Origin: Alphaproteobacteria bacterium | Lineage (GTDB): Bacteria; Pseudomonadota; Alphaproteobacteria; Bin95 | Reading direction: 5' to 3' | Assembly: GCA_963665325.3 (NCBI GenBank) | Contig: OZ224045.1 | Span: 1,792,001 to 1,856,000 of the forward strand | DNA: 64,000 nt | In this document: one piece after another, positions 7,785 to 17,340 of the stretch | Position numbering within the stretch: position 1 is the stretch's first letter | How the letters are laid out: the number at the start of each line of letters is the position of its first letter | Notes under the pieces: generated by a model | Database searches by the model: none | What the model was told of the DNA's origin: nothing | What the model saw: the letters and a program-made list of their open reading frames with translations, nothing else | Position numbers and translations under genes: made by a program

Positions 7785-8600
7785 ATGTCCAGCAGCAGAT
7801 TCGTGCCGACCGTTTACCTGATTGTGGCAGTCGCAGCGGCATCAGCGGTCGGGCTGTCCTCCTGTGGCGGCGGAGGCGCGTCCCGAACCGGCATAGTAGC
7901 GCCCTCGTCGGGGAGCCGCGCGGCCCAAACGGTGATTACGCCGCCGGGAAACCGCGCGCCGCAGTCGGTGGGTACCATTCCCGTCCAAGCCCTGACTACG
8001 GGCGAGAACGCCGCCATAGTCGATGTAACGCCATACTTTCGGGATCCTGAAAACGACCGACTGACATATTTGGCGGCATCTAGTCGGCCGCAGGTGATTT
8101 TGGCCCGCATGTTGGGCAGTACGATGACTCTAAACCCGGTCTCGTCCGGCGTGGCGACGATCACGGTGACTGCCAGCGACGGCAATACCGATGCCACGCA
8201 AACCGTCGTCGCCACGGTGGCAGAGCCGGGGGGTGGGCAGACGGCGACGCAAGAGGAGATTACGCATGCCGAGACGCAAGGTAGCAACACCGGGCAAACG
8301 AAGACCGCGGAACCGGAGAACGCGCTAACCGGAATTGGAGTGTTGGCGCAAGACTCGCAAGGGCGCGAGACCTATATGCGCGTCAGGATGGAACCGGCGG
8401 GCGCTCAGTGGGCCCGCGTAAACTTCGAAATCGAGCCCTACGAAGCAGGCAATATGTGCTGCTATCAGTCATTCGCGGACGATGTCTATATCAAATTCAC
8501 TTGCGCGGGCGGCTACAGTGGCGGCGCGACCGTCAAAATTATCGTCGACGATCACTACGGCCACAGGTTCGAGAAACCCATTTCGTTCACTTGCCGATAA
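7785..8600 (+). CDS. Lipoprotein with cadherin/Ig-like domain
   Basis: Lipobox LSSC-GGGG; NRAP..YFRDPENDRLTY..ATITVTASDG. Confidence 0.7.
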   Translation: MSSSRFVPTVYLIVAVAAASAVGLSSCGGGGASRTGIVAPSSGSRAAQTVITPPGNRAPQSVGTIPVQALTTGENAAIVDVTPYFRDPENDRLTYLAASSRPQVILARMLGSTMTLNPVSSGVATITVTASDGNTDATQTVVATVAEPGGGQTATQEEITHAETQGSNTGQTKTAEPENALTGIGVLAQDSQGRETYMRVRMEPAGAQWARVNFEIEPYEAGNMCCYQSFADDVYIKFTCAGGYSGGATVKIIVDDHYGHRFEKPISFTCR

Positions 8601-8687
8601 GATTGGGCGCGGTTTGCCCAAGGACACCGCATCGGCGGAAGAACGGGGACCGGGCAAGTGCGGTCGGTGCAAGAGGGCAGGATTGGG

Positions 8688-9386
8688 ATGTTGCGCCTAT
8701 TCGTCGATGCCGCGCTCCGTGAAAGAGCGTCCATTCCGCTGGATGGCGACCAAGCCGCTTGGCTCGGCCGCGTTATGCGCCGGCGCGTGGGCGAGCGACT
8801 CGCGGTCTTCAACGGAACGGATGGAGAGTGGGAGGCGGAGCTAGCGGCGCTGGAACGCGGCTCAGGGCAGGCGGCGGTGCTGCAGCGCCTGCGCCCCCAA
8901 ACGGCGTCCCCGGATATCTGGCTAGCCTTCGCGCCGGCCAAGCGCGGTACGGGAGACCTGGTCGTGCGCCAGGCGACGGAGCTCGGCGTATCGCGCATCC
9001 TGCCCGTCATCGCCGAGCACAGCGTGGTGGACCGGCTCAATCCCGTGCGGCTGCGGCGCATCGCCATCGAGGCGGCCGAGCAGTGCGAACGGCTGGATGT
9101 GCCTGAGATCGCGCCGCTCGCACCCTTGAAGGATCTGCTGGCGGGATGGCCCGCAACCCGGCCGCTCGCCGTCTGCCATCCGGGAGGCGCCGCGATGCAG
9201 GCCGGGCCCGCGCCGGGCGGGCTTTTGCTCGGACCGGAAGGCGGCTTTGCAGCGGGGGAACTTGACGCTCTCGCCGAAACCGGTTTCGTTCGGCTGGTCA
9301 GCCTCGGGCCGCGAATCCTGCGGGCGGAGACGGCGGTCGTGGCCGCGCTCTCCATGCGGCAGGCGATTTGGGGGAACGGGGCGTGA
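8688..9386 (+). CDS. rsmE: 16S rRNA m3U1498 methyltransferase
   Basis: ATELGV, EAAEQC, GPEGGF, LGPRILRAETA. Confidence 0.95.
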   Translation: MLRLFVDAALRERASIPLDGDQAAWLGRVMRRRVGERLAVFNGTDGEWEAELAALERGSGQAAVLQRLRPQTASPDIWLAFAPAKRGTGDLVVRQATELGVSRILPVIAEHSVVDRLNPVRLRRIAIEAAEQCERLDVPEIAPLAPLKDLLAGWPATRPLAVCHPGGAAMQAGPAPGGLLLGPEGGFAAGELDALAETGFVRLVSLGPRILRAETAVVAALSMRQAIWGNGA

Positions 9387-9402
9387 AACGAAGGAACGGC
9401 GG

Positions 9403-10767
9403 ATGACGGCAGCCGTGGCAGAATTGGCGACCCCGATAGGGGACCGCCGCGAACTCGTGGAATGGTTCGAGCAGGGCTGCAAGCCGCCGGAAGACTGGCG
9501 TTGCGGCACCGAGCACGAGAAGTTCGTCTTCAGGCGGTCCGACCTCACGCGCCCGGGCTACGACGACCCCGACGGGATCGGCGAGCTGCTGCATCGGCTG
9601 GAGGCGTTCGGCTGGAAGCCCAAGCGCGAGGCCGGGAAGACCATTGCGCTCGTCATGGACGGGGCGAGCATAACACTGGAGCCCGGCGGGCAATTCGAGC
9701 TGTCCGGCGCGCCGCTGGAGACCGTGCACCAGACCTGCGACGAGGTGCACGACCATCTCGACCAGTGCCGGCAGGTGGGCGATGCGATGGGCCTCGGTTT
9801 CGTCGGTCTCGGTTTCGACCCGAAATGGCGCCGGGAGGACATTCCCTGGATGCCCAAGGGTCGCTACGCCGTCATGCGCCGCTACATGCCCACGGTCGGC
9901 ACCCTCGGCCTCGACATGATGCTCCGCACCTGCACCGTGCAGGTCAACCTCGACTATGCCGACGAGGCCGACATGGTGGACAAGTTCCGCCTGTCGCTCG
10001 CCCTGCAGCCGCTGACGACGGTGCTGTTCGCCGACTCCCCCTTCAAGGAAGGCGCGCTGACCGACCATCTCAGCCTGCGCTCGCATGTGTGGACCGATAC
10101 CGACCCGGACCGCTGCGGCATGCTGGGCTTCGTCTTCGAGGACGGTTTCGGGTTCGACCGCTACACCGAATACTGCCTCGATGTGCCGATGTATTTCGTC
10201 TATCGCGACGGGCGCTATATCGATGTGGCGGGCCGGTCCTTCCGGGATTTCATGGAAGGGCGGTTGCCGGAACTGCCCGGCGAGCGGCCGAATATCGACG
10301 ATTGGTCCGACCATGTGACGACGGCCTTCCCGGAAGTGCGGATGAAGCGCTATCTGGAACTGCGCGGCGCGGACGGGGGGCCCTGGGGCCGCCTTTGCGG
10401 CCTGCCGGCGCTCTGGATCGGGCTGCTTTACGACGGCGCGGCATGTGCCGCGGGCTGGGACCTCTGCAAGCATTGGACCGATGAAGAGCGCGAGAGGCTG
10501 CGCGTCGAGGCCCCGCGCCTCGGCTTCGCTGCCGAAGTTTGCGGCCGCTCGCTCCGGGACATTGCGAAGGACATGGTCGCCATTGCCCGGCAGGGCCTGA
10601 AGGCGCGCGCGCGCCTCGACGGCGCCGGCAATGACGAGACCGGCTTCCTGACCGACCTCGAGGAGATCGCGGAGAGCGGCATCACGGCCGCCGAGCGCAA
10701 ACGAGCGTTGTTCGAGGGGCGCTGGGGCGGCAAGGTCGATCCGGTATTCGAGGAGTTCGCATATTGA
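9403..10767 (+). CDS. gshA: Glutamate-cysteine ligase (alphaproteobacterial/plant type)
   Basis: GTEHEKF, TLEPGGQFELSGAP, FPEVRMKRYLELRGAD. Confidence 0.95.
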   Translation: MTAAVAELATPIGDRRELVEWFEQGCKPPEDWRCGTEHEKFVFRRSDLTRPGYDDPDGIGELLHRLEAFGWKPKREAGKTIALVMDGASITLEPGGQFELSGAPLETVHQTCDEVHDHLDQCRQVGDAMGLGFVGLGFDPKWRREDIPWMPKGRYAVMRRYMPTVGTLGLDMMLRTCTVQVNLDYADEADMVDKFRLSLALQPLTTVLFADSPFKEGALTDHLSLRSHVWTDTDPDRCGMLGFVFEDGFGFDRYTEYCLDVPMYFVYRDGRYIDVAGRSFRDFMEGRLPELPGERPNIDDWSDHVTTAFPEVRMKRYLELRGADGGPWGRLCGLPALWIGLLYDGAACAAGWDLCKHWTDEERERLRVEAPRLGFAAEVCGRSLRDIAKDMVAIARQGLKARARLDGAGNDETGFLTDLEEIAESGITAAERKRALFEGRWGGKVDPVFEEFAY

Positions 10768-10937
10768 CCGAAGACCCCCGCGCCAGGGCTGCCGGCCTCG
10801 ACCACCTGACGGGCGAGGACCGGGCCGCCCTCGATGCCGGCACGAAGCTGGCGGATGAGTTGGCCGCCGCGCTGCCGCGCGATCACCATATGTACGAAGA
10901 GCCGGCGCTCACCTGGCGCGCGGAGCCCGGCCGGTGA
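10764..10937 (+). CDS. 57-aa ORF, putative AtzG/GatC-like amidase partner
   Basis: TTG start overlapping the gshA stop with GAGGAG RBS; stop overlaps the amidase GTG; MTEDPRARAAGL..YEEPALTW; too short for the ORF track. Confidence 0.6.
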   Translation: MTEDPRARAAGLDHLTGEDRAALDAGTKLADELAAALPRDHHMYEEPALTWRAEPGR

Positions 10938-12313
10938 CGGCGCTCCATTGGCTCACGCTCGCAGAGGCGGCGCGGGCGCTCCGCCGGCGCGAACTTTCGT
11001 CGCTGGAATACACCGAAGCGCTGCTGGCGCGGATTGAGGCGGTCAATCCGAAGCTGGATGCCTTCATCGCGCTACTGGCCGAGCGCGCCCGCGAGCGCGC
11101 CGCCGCGCTGGACAACGGCCCCGTTCGCGGCGTGCTGCACGGCGTGCCTTTCGGCCTCAAGGACATCATCGACGTGGCGGGCGTGCCGACGACGGCGCAT
11201 TCGGCGGTGCTGAAGGACAATGTCGCGGCCAGGGACGCCGCCGTGACCCGCCGGCTGGAAGGGGCGGCCGGCGTGCTGCTCGGCAAGCTCTCGACGCATG
11301 AGTTCGCCATCGGCGGTCCGAGCTTCGACTTGCCATGGCCGCCGGCGCGCAATCCCTGGAACACGGACTGCCATCCGGGCGGCTCGTCCTCAGGCTCCGG
11401 GGCCGGCGTGGCGGCGGGGTTGTTCCCGCTGGCGCTCGGCACGGACACGGGCGGCTCGGTGCGCAACCCGGCGTCGTGCTGCGGCATCGTCGGCATGAAG
11501 GCGACCTACGGGCGGGTGAGCCGGGCGGGCGTTGTGCCGCTCTCCTGGTCGATGGACCATATCGGGCCGATGACGCGCACGGTCGAGGACAATGCGCTGG
11601 CGCTGGAAGTGCTGGCCGGCCACGACCCCGACGACCCGGCGAGCGCGGATGAGCCGGTGCCGTCCTACACCGCCGGGCTGGAGCGCGGCGTGAAGGGCAT
11701 GAAGATCGGCATTGTGCGCCGCTGGCACGAGCGGGACATGCCTGCCGCGCCGGAGATGTGCGCCGCCATCGACGAAGCCGCCCGTGTGCTGGAAGGCGAG
11801 GGCGCCGAGATCGTGGAAATCGATCCCGGCGCGCTTCAGGACTATTCGCGCGTCAACCGCATCATCCTCTGGGCAGAGGCCTGGTCGATCCACGAGAGCT
11901 GGCTGAAGGAGAAGCCTGAGGCCTATGGCCGGCTCGGCCGCGAACGGCTGATCGCGGGCGCCTACCTCTCAGCGGGGGACTATCTGCGCGCCCTCCGGGA
12001 GCGGGGCCGCTGCACAAGTCGTATGTCGGACGCGCTTGCCGGCGTGGACGCGCTCATCTGCGCGTCCAGCATGGAGCCCGCCTGCGCTATCGAGGACGAG
12101 CCGGAGGTGCTGCGCACCTATTCCCGCCAGGCCCGCCAGCCTTTCAATGTCACCGGCCATCCCGCGCTTGCGGTGCCGGCCGGCTTCTCGTCCGCCGGCA
12201 TGCCGCTCTCGTTCCAGATTGCGGCCAGGAACTTCGACGAGGCCACGATCTACCGCGTCGCCCGCGCCTATGAGCGCGTGACCGGCTGGCCGGACCGCCA
12301 TCCGGACCTCTAG
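10934..12313 (+). CDS. Amidase signature family enzyme (GatA/AtzE-like)
   Basis: GVPFGLKD, GGSSSGSG, GTDTGGSVRNPA. Confidence 0.93.
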   Translation: MTALHWLTLAEAARALRRRELSSLEYTEALLARIEAVNPKLDAFIALLAERARERAAALDNGPVRGVLHGVPFGLKDIIDVAGVPTTAHSAVLKDNVAARDAAVTRRLEGAAGVLLGKLSTHEFAIGGPSFDLPWPPARNPWNTDCHPGGSSSGSGAGVAAGLFPLALGTDTGGSVRNPASCCGIVGMKATYGRVSRAGVVPLSWSMDHIGPMTRTVEDNALALEVLAGHDPDDPASADEPVPSYTAGLERGVKGMKIGIVRRWHERDMPAAPEMCAAIDEAARVLEGEGAEIVEIDPGALQDYSRVNRIILWAEAWSIHESWLKEKPEAYGRLGRERLIAGAYLSAGDYLRALRERGRCTSRMSDALAGVDALICASSMEPACAIEDEPEVLRTYSRQARQPFNVTGHPALAVPAGFSSAGMPLSFQIAARNFDEATIYRVARAYERVTGWPDRHPDL

Positions 12314-12391
12314 CCCGGACTTCTCACCAGGATCCTGGTGAGAAGTCCGGGCTGGCGAGAGGGACGGCGCCGCACAAGGAGGGACGGACCC

Positions 12392-12997
12392 ATGGAGGCG
12401 CTGCTGGTGGTGGATGTGCAGAACGATTTCTGCACGGGCGGAGCGCTCGCCGTGCCGGGCGGCGAGGCCGTCGTGCCCGGCATCAACCGTCTGTGGGACC
12501 GCCATGCCTGCAAGGTGCTGACGCAGGACTGGCACCCGCCGGGCCACGCCTCCTTCGCCAGCAGCCATGAGGGCAAGCAGCCCTTCGACACCGGCCGGCT
12601 GGACTATGGCGAACAGGTGCTCTGGCCGGACCATTGCGTGCAGGGCACGTCCGGCGCGGCGTTCCACCCGGAGCTGCGCACCGACGGCGCCGATCTCGTG
12701 CTGCGCAAGGGCTTCCGGCCCGGCATCGACAGCTATTCGGCCTTCTTCGAGAACGACCGCACGACCCCGACGGGGCTTGCCGGCTATCTGCGCGAGCGCG
12801 GCGTCGAGCGCGTCGTGCTGACCGGGCTCGCGACCGATTTCTGCGTCGGCTTCTCGGCGCTCGACGCGCTTGCGTCCGGCTTCGAGACCGTGGTGCTGGA
12901 AGACCTCTGCCGGGGCCTCGACATGGAAGGCTCGCTCGCCCGGATGCTGCACGATATCCGCTCGAAGGGCGGGCGCATCGGGAGCGGCCTCGCCTGA
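12392..12997 (+). CDS. pncA: Nicotinamidase/pyrazinamidase
   Basis: VDVQNDF, DWHP, WPDHCVQG, GLATDFCV. Confidence 0.93.
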   Translation: MEALLVVDVQNDFCTGGALAVPGGEAVVPGINRLWDRHACKVLTQDWHPPGHASFASSHEGKQPFDTGRLDYGEQVLWPDHCVQGTSGAAFHPELRTDGADLVLRKGFRPGIDSYSAFFENDRTTPTGLAGYLRERGVERVVLTGLATDFCVGFSALDALASGFETVVLEDLCRGLDMEGSLARMLHDIRSKGGRIGSGLA

Positions 12998-13058
12998 CGC
13001 ATTGCCAAAGCCCTGCCGCATCCCAATCTGAAGGGGGGCGGAAGAGGCGGGAGGACAC

Positions 13059-14045
13059 ATGCGCGCGTTGATCGACCGGGGCGCGGGCTGGGTAGCGGCC
13101 GCGCGCGACCGCCTGCAGTTGCCCGGCGGCAGCGGCCGGTGGCGCTGGCTCCGCTGGGCCGCGCTCGGCGTCCTGCTGTTCCTGCTGCTCTGGTACCCGC
13201 TCGGCATGGCGGTCTATACGCATATCGACGACGACACCGGCTTCGAGCCGAGGCCGACCGCCTACGATGCCGGCGGCTCCAAGGCGGTGGCGACGGCGGC
13301 GGCCCTGGTCGAGCGCGAGATCGAGCGCTGGGCGCCGAACAAGCCCTTCTGGCACCCGGCGGCGGCACTCGACAACATGCCGAACTACCAGCTGGGCCTC
13401 ATGTATGCCGTCTCCCGCTTCGCCATCGAGATGGGCGACCAGCTGGGCCGGACGCGCGGGTCGAGCGCCATCGACAGGGATCTCGACCGGGCCGCGGGCC
13501 TGCTGAAATACGATGGCCGCATCTGGTACTGGGGCTCGGGCGGCCTGCTGCCCGTCGCGCCGGCGCAGCGCCAGTATCTGACCGCCGCCAAGGCGCTCGC
13601 CCGCTACAATGACCGCCTGGCAACGGGGGAGGCGACCTACGACCGCCGCGCCGACAACCTGATCGCCCTGCTCAACCGGGTGGGTGCGGACTTGGGCGCA
13701 TCCAGCGCCGCGCTCGACAAGCGCGCGCTGGAGACCAATGCCGGCTGGTTCGACACCATCGCCGACGACTTGCTGTTCAACGTCAAGGGCCGCCTCTACG
13801 CCTATTTCCTGCTGCTTCGCGACATCGGCACGGATTTCGACAAGGCCATCGCCGAGAAACAGGCAAGCAAGATCTGGCAACAGATGCTGGCCAGCCTGCG
13901 CCAGGGCGCCGAGCTGTACCCGCCCATCGTCTCCAACGGCTACGAAGACGGCCTCTTCATGCCCTCGCACCTGACGGCGCTAGGCTTCTACCTACTCCGC
14001 GCGCGAACGCAGCTGAAGGAAGTGGCCGACGCGCTGTCGAAATAG
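13059..14045 (+). CDS. DUF2333 family membrane-anchored protein
   Basis: N-terminal TM, LDNMPNYQLG, RADNLI, IADDLLFNVKG. Confidence 0.75.
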   Translation: MRALIDRGAGWVAAARDRLQLPGGSGRWRWLRWAALGVLLFLLLWYPLGMAVYTHIDDDTGFEPRPTAYDAGGSKAVATAAALVEREIERWAPNKPFWHPAAALDNMPNYQLGLMYAVSRFAIEMGDQLGRTRGSSAIDRDLDRAAGLLKYDGRIWYWGSGGLLPVAPAQRQYLTAAKALARYNDRLATGEATYDRRADNLIALLNRVGADLGASSAALDKRALETNAGWFDTIADDLLFNVKGRLYAYFLLLRDIGTDFDKAIAEKQASKIWQQMLASLRQGAELYPPIVSNGYEDGLFMPSHLTALGFYLLRARTQLKEVADALSK

Positions 14046-14060
14046 GGTGGCGTGCGACTC

Positions 14061-14828
14061 CTACCGCGGCGCCAGCCTTATTGCGCCGTCGAGGCGGATG
14101 GTTTCGCCGTTCAGGTAGTCGTTGCGTACGATCTCCATGACGAGGGAGGCGAATTCGCGGTCGCGGCCGGTGCGCTTCGGGAAGGGCACCTGCTTGCCGA
14201 GCATGTCCAGCGTCGAGTCCGGCAGGCCGGCGAGCAGCGGCGTGTCCATGATGCCGGGCGCGACGGTGCACACCCGCACGCCCCAGGACGCGAGGTCGCG
14301 CGCCGCCGGCAGGGTCATGCCGACGATGCCGGCCTTGGCCGACGCATAGGCGATCTGGCCGATTTGTCCCTCATAGCCCGCGACCGAGGCGGTGTTGACG
14401 ACCACGCCGCGCAGGCCCTCGCCGTCCGCCGGCTCCAGCTTCGCCATGTCCTCGGCGGCCTGCGAGAGCATGTTGAAGGAGCCGAAGAGGCAGATATCGA
14501 CGATGCGCTTGTAGTTCTCGAAAGGAATCCGCCGGCCCTTGCGGTCCACGATGCGCTCCGACCCGCCGACGCCCGCGCAATTGATGCAGATGCGGGCGAT
14601 CCCGTGCGCCTCGCGGGCGGATGCGATGGCGGCCCCGACCTCCTCCTCGCTCGTCACGTCGCAGGCCACCGGCAGCGCGCCGATCTCGCGCGCGGTTTCC
14701 CCGGCCAACTCCGCATTGCGGTCCAGCAGCGCCACCCGCGCGCCCGCTTCCGCCAGCGCCGTTGCCGTTGCGCGCCCGAGCCCCGACGCCCCGCCGGTCA
14801 CCAACGCCGCCACACCTTTTACGTCCAT
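14061..14828 (-). CDS. SDR, 3-hydroxyacyl-CoA dehydrogenase type II-like
   Basis: TGGASGLG, NTASVAG, YASAK, YLNGETIRLDG. Confidence 0.9.
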   Translation of the reverse strand: MDVKGVAALVTGGASGLGRATATALAEAGARVALLDRNAELAGETAREIGALPVACDVTSEEEVGAAIASAREAHGIARICINCAGVGGSERIVDRKGRRIPFENYKRIVDICLFGSFNMLSQAAEDMAKLEPADGEGLRGVVVNTASVAGYEGQIGQIAYASAKAGIVGMTLPAARDLASWGVRVCTVAPGIMDTPLLAGLPDSTLDMLGKQVPFPKRTGRDREFASLVMEIVRNDYLNGETIRLDGAIRLAPR

Positions 14829-14938
14829 GCGCATGCCCCTTCGCACCCCGATGCGGCGCGCACTCTGCCATAACCGGCCCGTCCTTTCGACGCGCTTGAT
14901 TTCCGCGCGTCCTGGTCCATTATGCGCCCCTTCCGCGC

Positions 14939-15014
14939 GGCCCCTTCGTCTAGCGGTCTAGGACGCCGGCCTCTCACGCCGGAAACACGGGTTCGAGTCC
15001 CGTAGGGGTCACCA
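14939..15014 (+). tRNA. tRNA-Glu (anticodon CTC)
   Basis: GGCCCCT/AGGGGTC acceptor stem, CCGGC-CTCTCAC-GCCGG anticodon arm, GTTCGAGT T-loop, encoded CCA. Confidence 0.97.
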
Positions 15015-15201
15015 CCGCGCCGGGTTATTCGCGATCGTTCGAAGAGTTGCGCTTCATCCTTGTCCGGCCTTCGGCGTCGGGGGGACATATTCCAGCGCGC
15101 CAGCTTGCCCGGACGAATGCAGCGTTGCTACAGTCGAACGGCGGGCGGGTTGCCGGCGGCGGCGCGTCGCCCCGGATGCCGCCAACCGCGGGACTCGCCA
15201 C

Positions 15202-17337
15202 GTGACCGACAGCTATCGCCTCGGCATCGACATCGGCGGAACCTTTTCCGACTTTGCGCTGGTCGACGACGCCGACGGCGCCATCCGGATCGAGAAGACC
15301 CTGACCTCGGCGCACGCGCCCGAGGAGTCGGTGATGCGCGGCATCGCCGACCTCTCCGCCGCGGTTCCCGGCCTGCTGGGCCGGACCTCCGAGGTGATCC
15401 ACGCGACCACCCTCGTCACGAACACCATCCTCGAACGCAAGGGGGCGAAGACCGGTCTGCTCACGACCGAGGGCTTCCGCGACATCCTCGAGCTGGCCCG
15501 CGAGGTCCGCTACGACATCTATGACATGTTCATCCGCCTCCCCGAGCCGATGGTCCCCCGCCGGCTGCGGCTCGGTGTCCCGGAACGGGTGCTTGCGGAC
15601 GGCACAGTGCTCGTTCCCCTGGACGAAGCGGCCGTCCGCCGGGCGGCGGCCGTCTTTCGCGAGGAGGGCGTCGGCGCGGTCGCGGTCTCGTTCCTCCATT
15701 CCTATCGCAACGGGGCCCATGAGCGCCGGGCGGCCGAGATCCTCCGCGAGGAGCTTCCGGGCGTCACCCTGTCGCTGTCGCACGAGGTGCATCCCGAGCC
15801 CAAGGAGTACGAACGCACATCGACCACCGTGCTCGACGCCTATGTCAAGGCGGTGGCGGAGGGCTATCTCGAAAGGCTGGCGGAAGGCCTGGCCGGGCGC
15901 GGCTACCGGGAGCGGCTCTTCATCATGCTGTCGAACGGCGGCACCGCGACGGTCGAGACGGCGAAGCGGGTGCCGGTCCAGATCGTCGAGTCGGGACCGG
16001 CAGCCGGGGTCGAGGCGGCAGCCTATTTCGGCCGTCTCGCAGGGATCGACAGCTTGCTGTCGTTCGACATGGGGGGAACGACCGCGAAGCTCTGCATCGT
16101 CGAGAACGGCCGGGCCGCCCGGACCCGCACCTACGAGGTGGACCGCCAGCACCGGTTCAAGTCGGGGAGCGGCCTCCCCGCCGCGGTGCCGGTCTATGAC
16201 CTGCTGGAGATCGGAGCGGGGGGTGGCAGCATCGCCCGGGTGGACGATCTCGGCCTGATCCAGGTCGGACCCGACAGCGCCGGTTCGGCGCCCGGACCGG
16301 CATGCTACGGCCTGGGCGGCGCCGCGCCGACGGTGACGGATGCGGACCTCGTGCTCGGCTACCTCAACCCTGACTATTTTCTCGGCGGACGCATGGCCCT
16401 CGACCGCGCGGCGGCGGAGCGGGCCGTCGAGCGCCATCTTGCGGAGGCGACCGGACTCACGGTCCTCGAAGCGGCGGCAGGCGTCCACGAGATCGTCAAC
16501 GAGAACATGGCCGCGGCGGCCCGGGTCTATGTCGCCGAGAAGGGCAAGGCGCCCTCCGAACTCTCGATGGTCGCTTTCGGCGGGGCCGGGCCTGTCCACG
16601 CGGCGGGGCTCGCCCGCAAGCTCGGCTGCCCGCGCCTTGTCGTCCCGCCCCATTCGGGCGTCATGTCGTCGCTCGGCCTGCTCGCCGCCCCGGTCGCATT
16701 CGAGCGGAGCCGCGCCGTGAGGCGGATCCTGGCGGCGGTCGATCTCGCTGCGGTCGAAGCCGGGTTCCGCGAGCTCGAGATCGAAGCCGGAGACCCGATG
16801 CCGGACGGCGCCGCCCCCATCGTGCGCCGCAGCGTCGATCTGCGCTATTCGGGCCAGGACTACCCGCTCGAGATCGAGGTCGCGGGACCGTGCGACGCGC
16901 CTTCGACGAAGCTCGATTGGGAGACGCGCTTCGAAGCGCTCTACCGTTCGTTCTACGGCAAGGTCGATGACGACAACCCCGTCGAACTCGCGAGCATCCG
17001 GGTGCATGCGAGCCAGCCCCCGCCGGCGCTCAGGATCGCCCCGCCGCCGGCGAAGGCCGACGCCCCGCCAAAGGCATGGCGCGACATCCACGTCCGGGCC
17101 GGGTCCGGCATGGAACGGGTGCCGGTCTATGAGCGGGCGGCGCTTTGCATCGGGCAGGAGATTGCCGGTCCCGCAGTGATCGAGGAGCGCGAATCGACGA
17201 CCGTCATCGGCCCCGGCGACAGGCTCGGTGTGGACCCGCTGGGGTGCCTGGTGGTGGACCTCGTCATCCACCGGCCCGCCGCGTCCGGCGGCGATGCCGG
17301 CGCGGCGCCGGTCCCGTCGGCATTCGGGCGGAGCTAG
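15202..17337 (+). CDS. Hydantoinase/oxoprolinase A subunit
   Basis: GIDIGGTFSD, ESGPAAG, DMGGTT, GAGGGSIA. Confidence 0.92.
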   Translation: MTDSYRLGIDIGGTFSDFALVDDADGAIRIEKTLTSAHAPEESVMRGIADLSAAVPGLLGRTSEVIHATTLVTNTILERKGAKTGLLTTEGFRDILELAREVRYDIYDMFIRLPEPMVPRRLRLGVPERVLADGTVLVPLDEAAVRRAAAVFREEGVGAVAVSFLHSYRNGAHERRAAEILREELPGVTLSLSHEVHPEPKEYERTSTTVLDAYVKAVAEGYLERLAEGLAGRGYRERLFIMLSNGGTATVETAKRVPVQIVESGPAAGVEAAAYFGRLAGIDSLLSFDMGGTTAKLCIVENGRAARTRTYEVDRQHRFKSGSGLPAAVPVYDLLEIGAGGGSIARVDDLGLIQVGPDSAGSAPGPACYGLGGAAPTVTDADLVLGYLNPDYFLGGRMALDRAAAERAVERHLAEATGLTVLEAAAGVHEIVNENMAAAARVYVAEKGKAPSELSMVAFGGAGPVHAAGLARKLGCPRLVVPPHSGVMSSLGLLAAPVAFERSRAVRRILAAVDLAAVEAGFRELEIEAGDPMPDGAAPIVRRSVDLRYSGQDYPLEIEVAGPCDAPSTKLDWETRFEALYRSFYGKVDDDNPVELASIRVHASQPPPALRIAPPPAKADAPPKAWRDIHVRAGSGMERVPVYERAALCIGQEIAGPAVIEERESTTVIGPGDRLGVDPLGCLVVDLVIHRPAASGGDAGAAPVPSAFGRS

Positions 17338-17340
17338 CCG

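Noticed and set aside
14990-15014. tRNA-Glu 3' end as attachment site of an island
   Set aside because: I found no duplicate of the tRNA 3' end in the window and no integrase next to it
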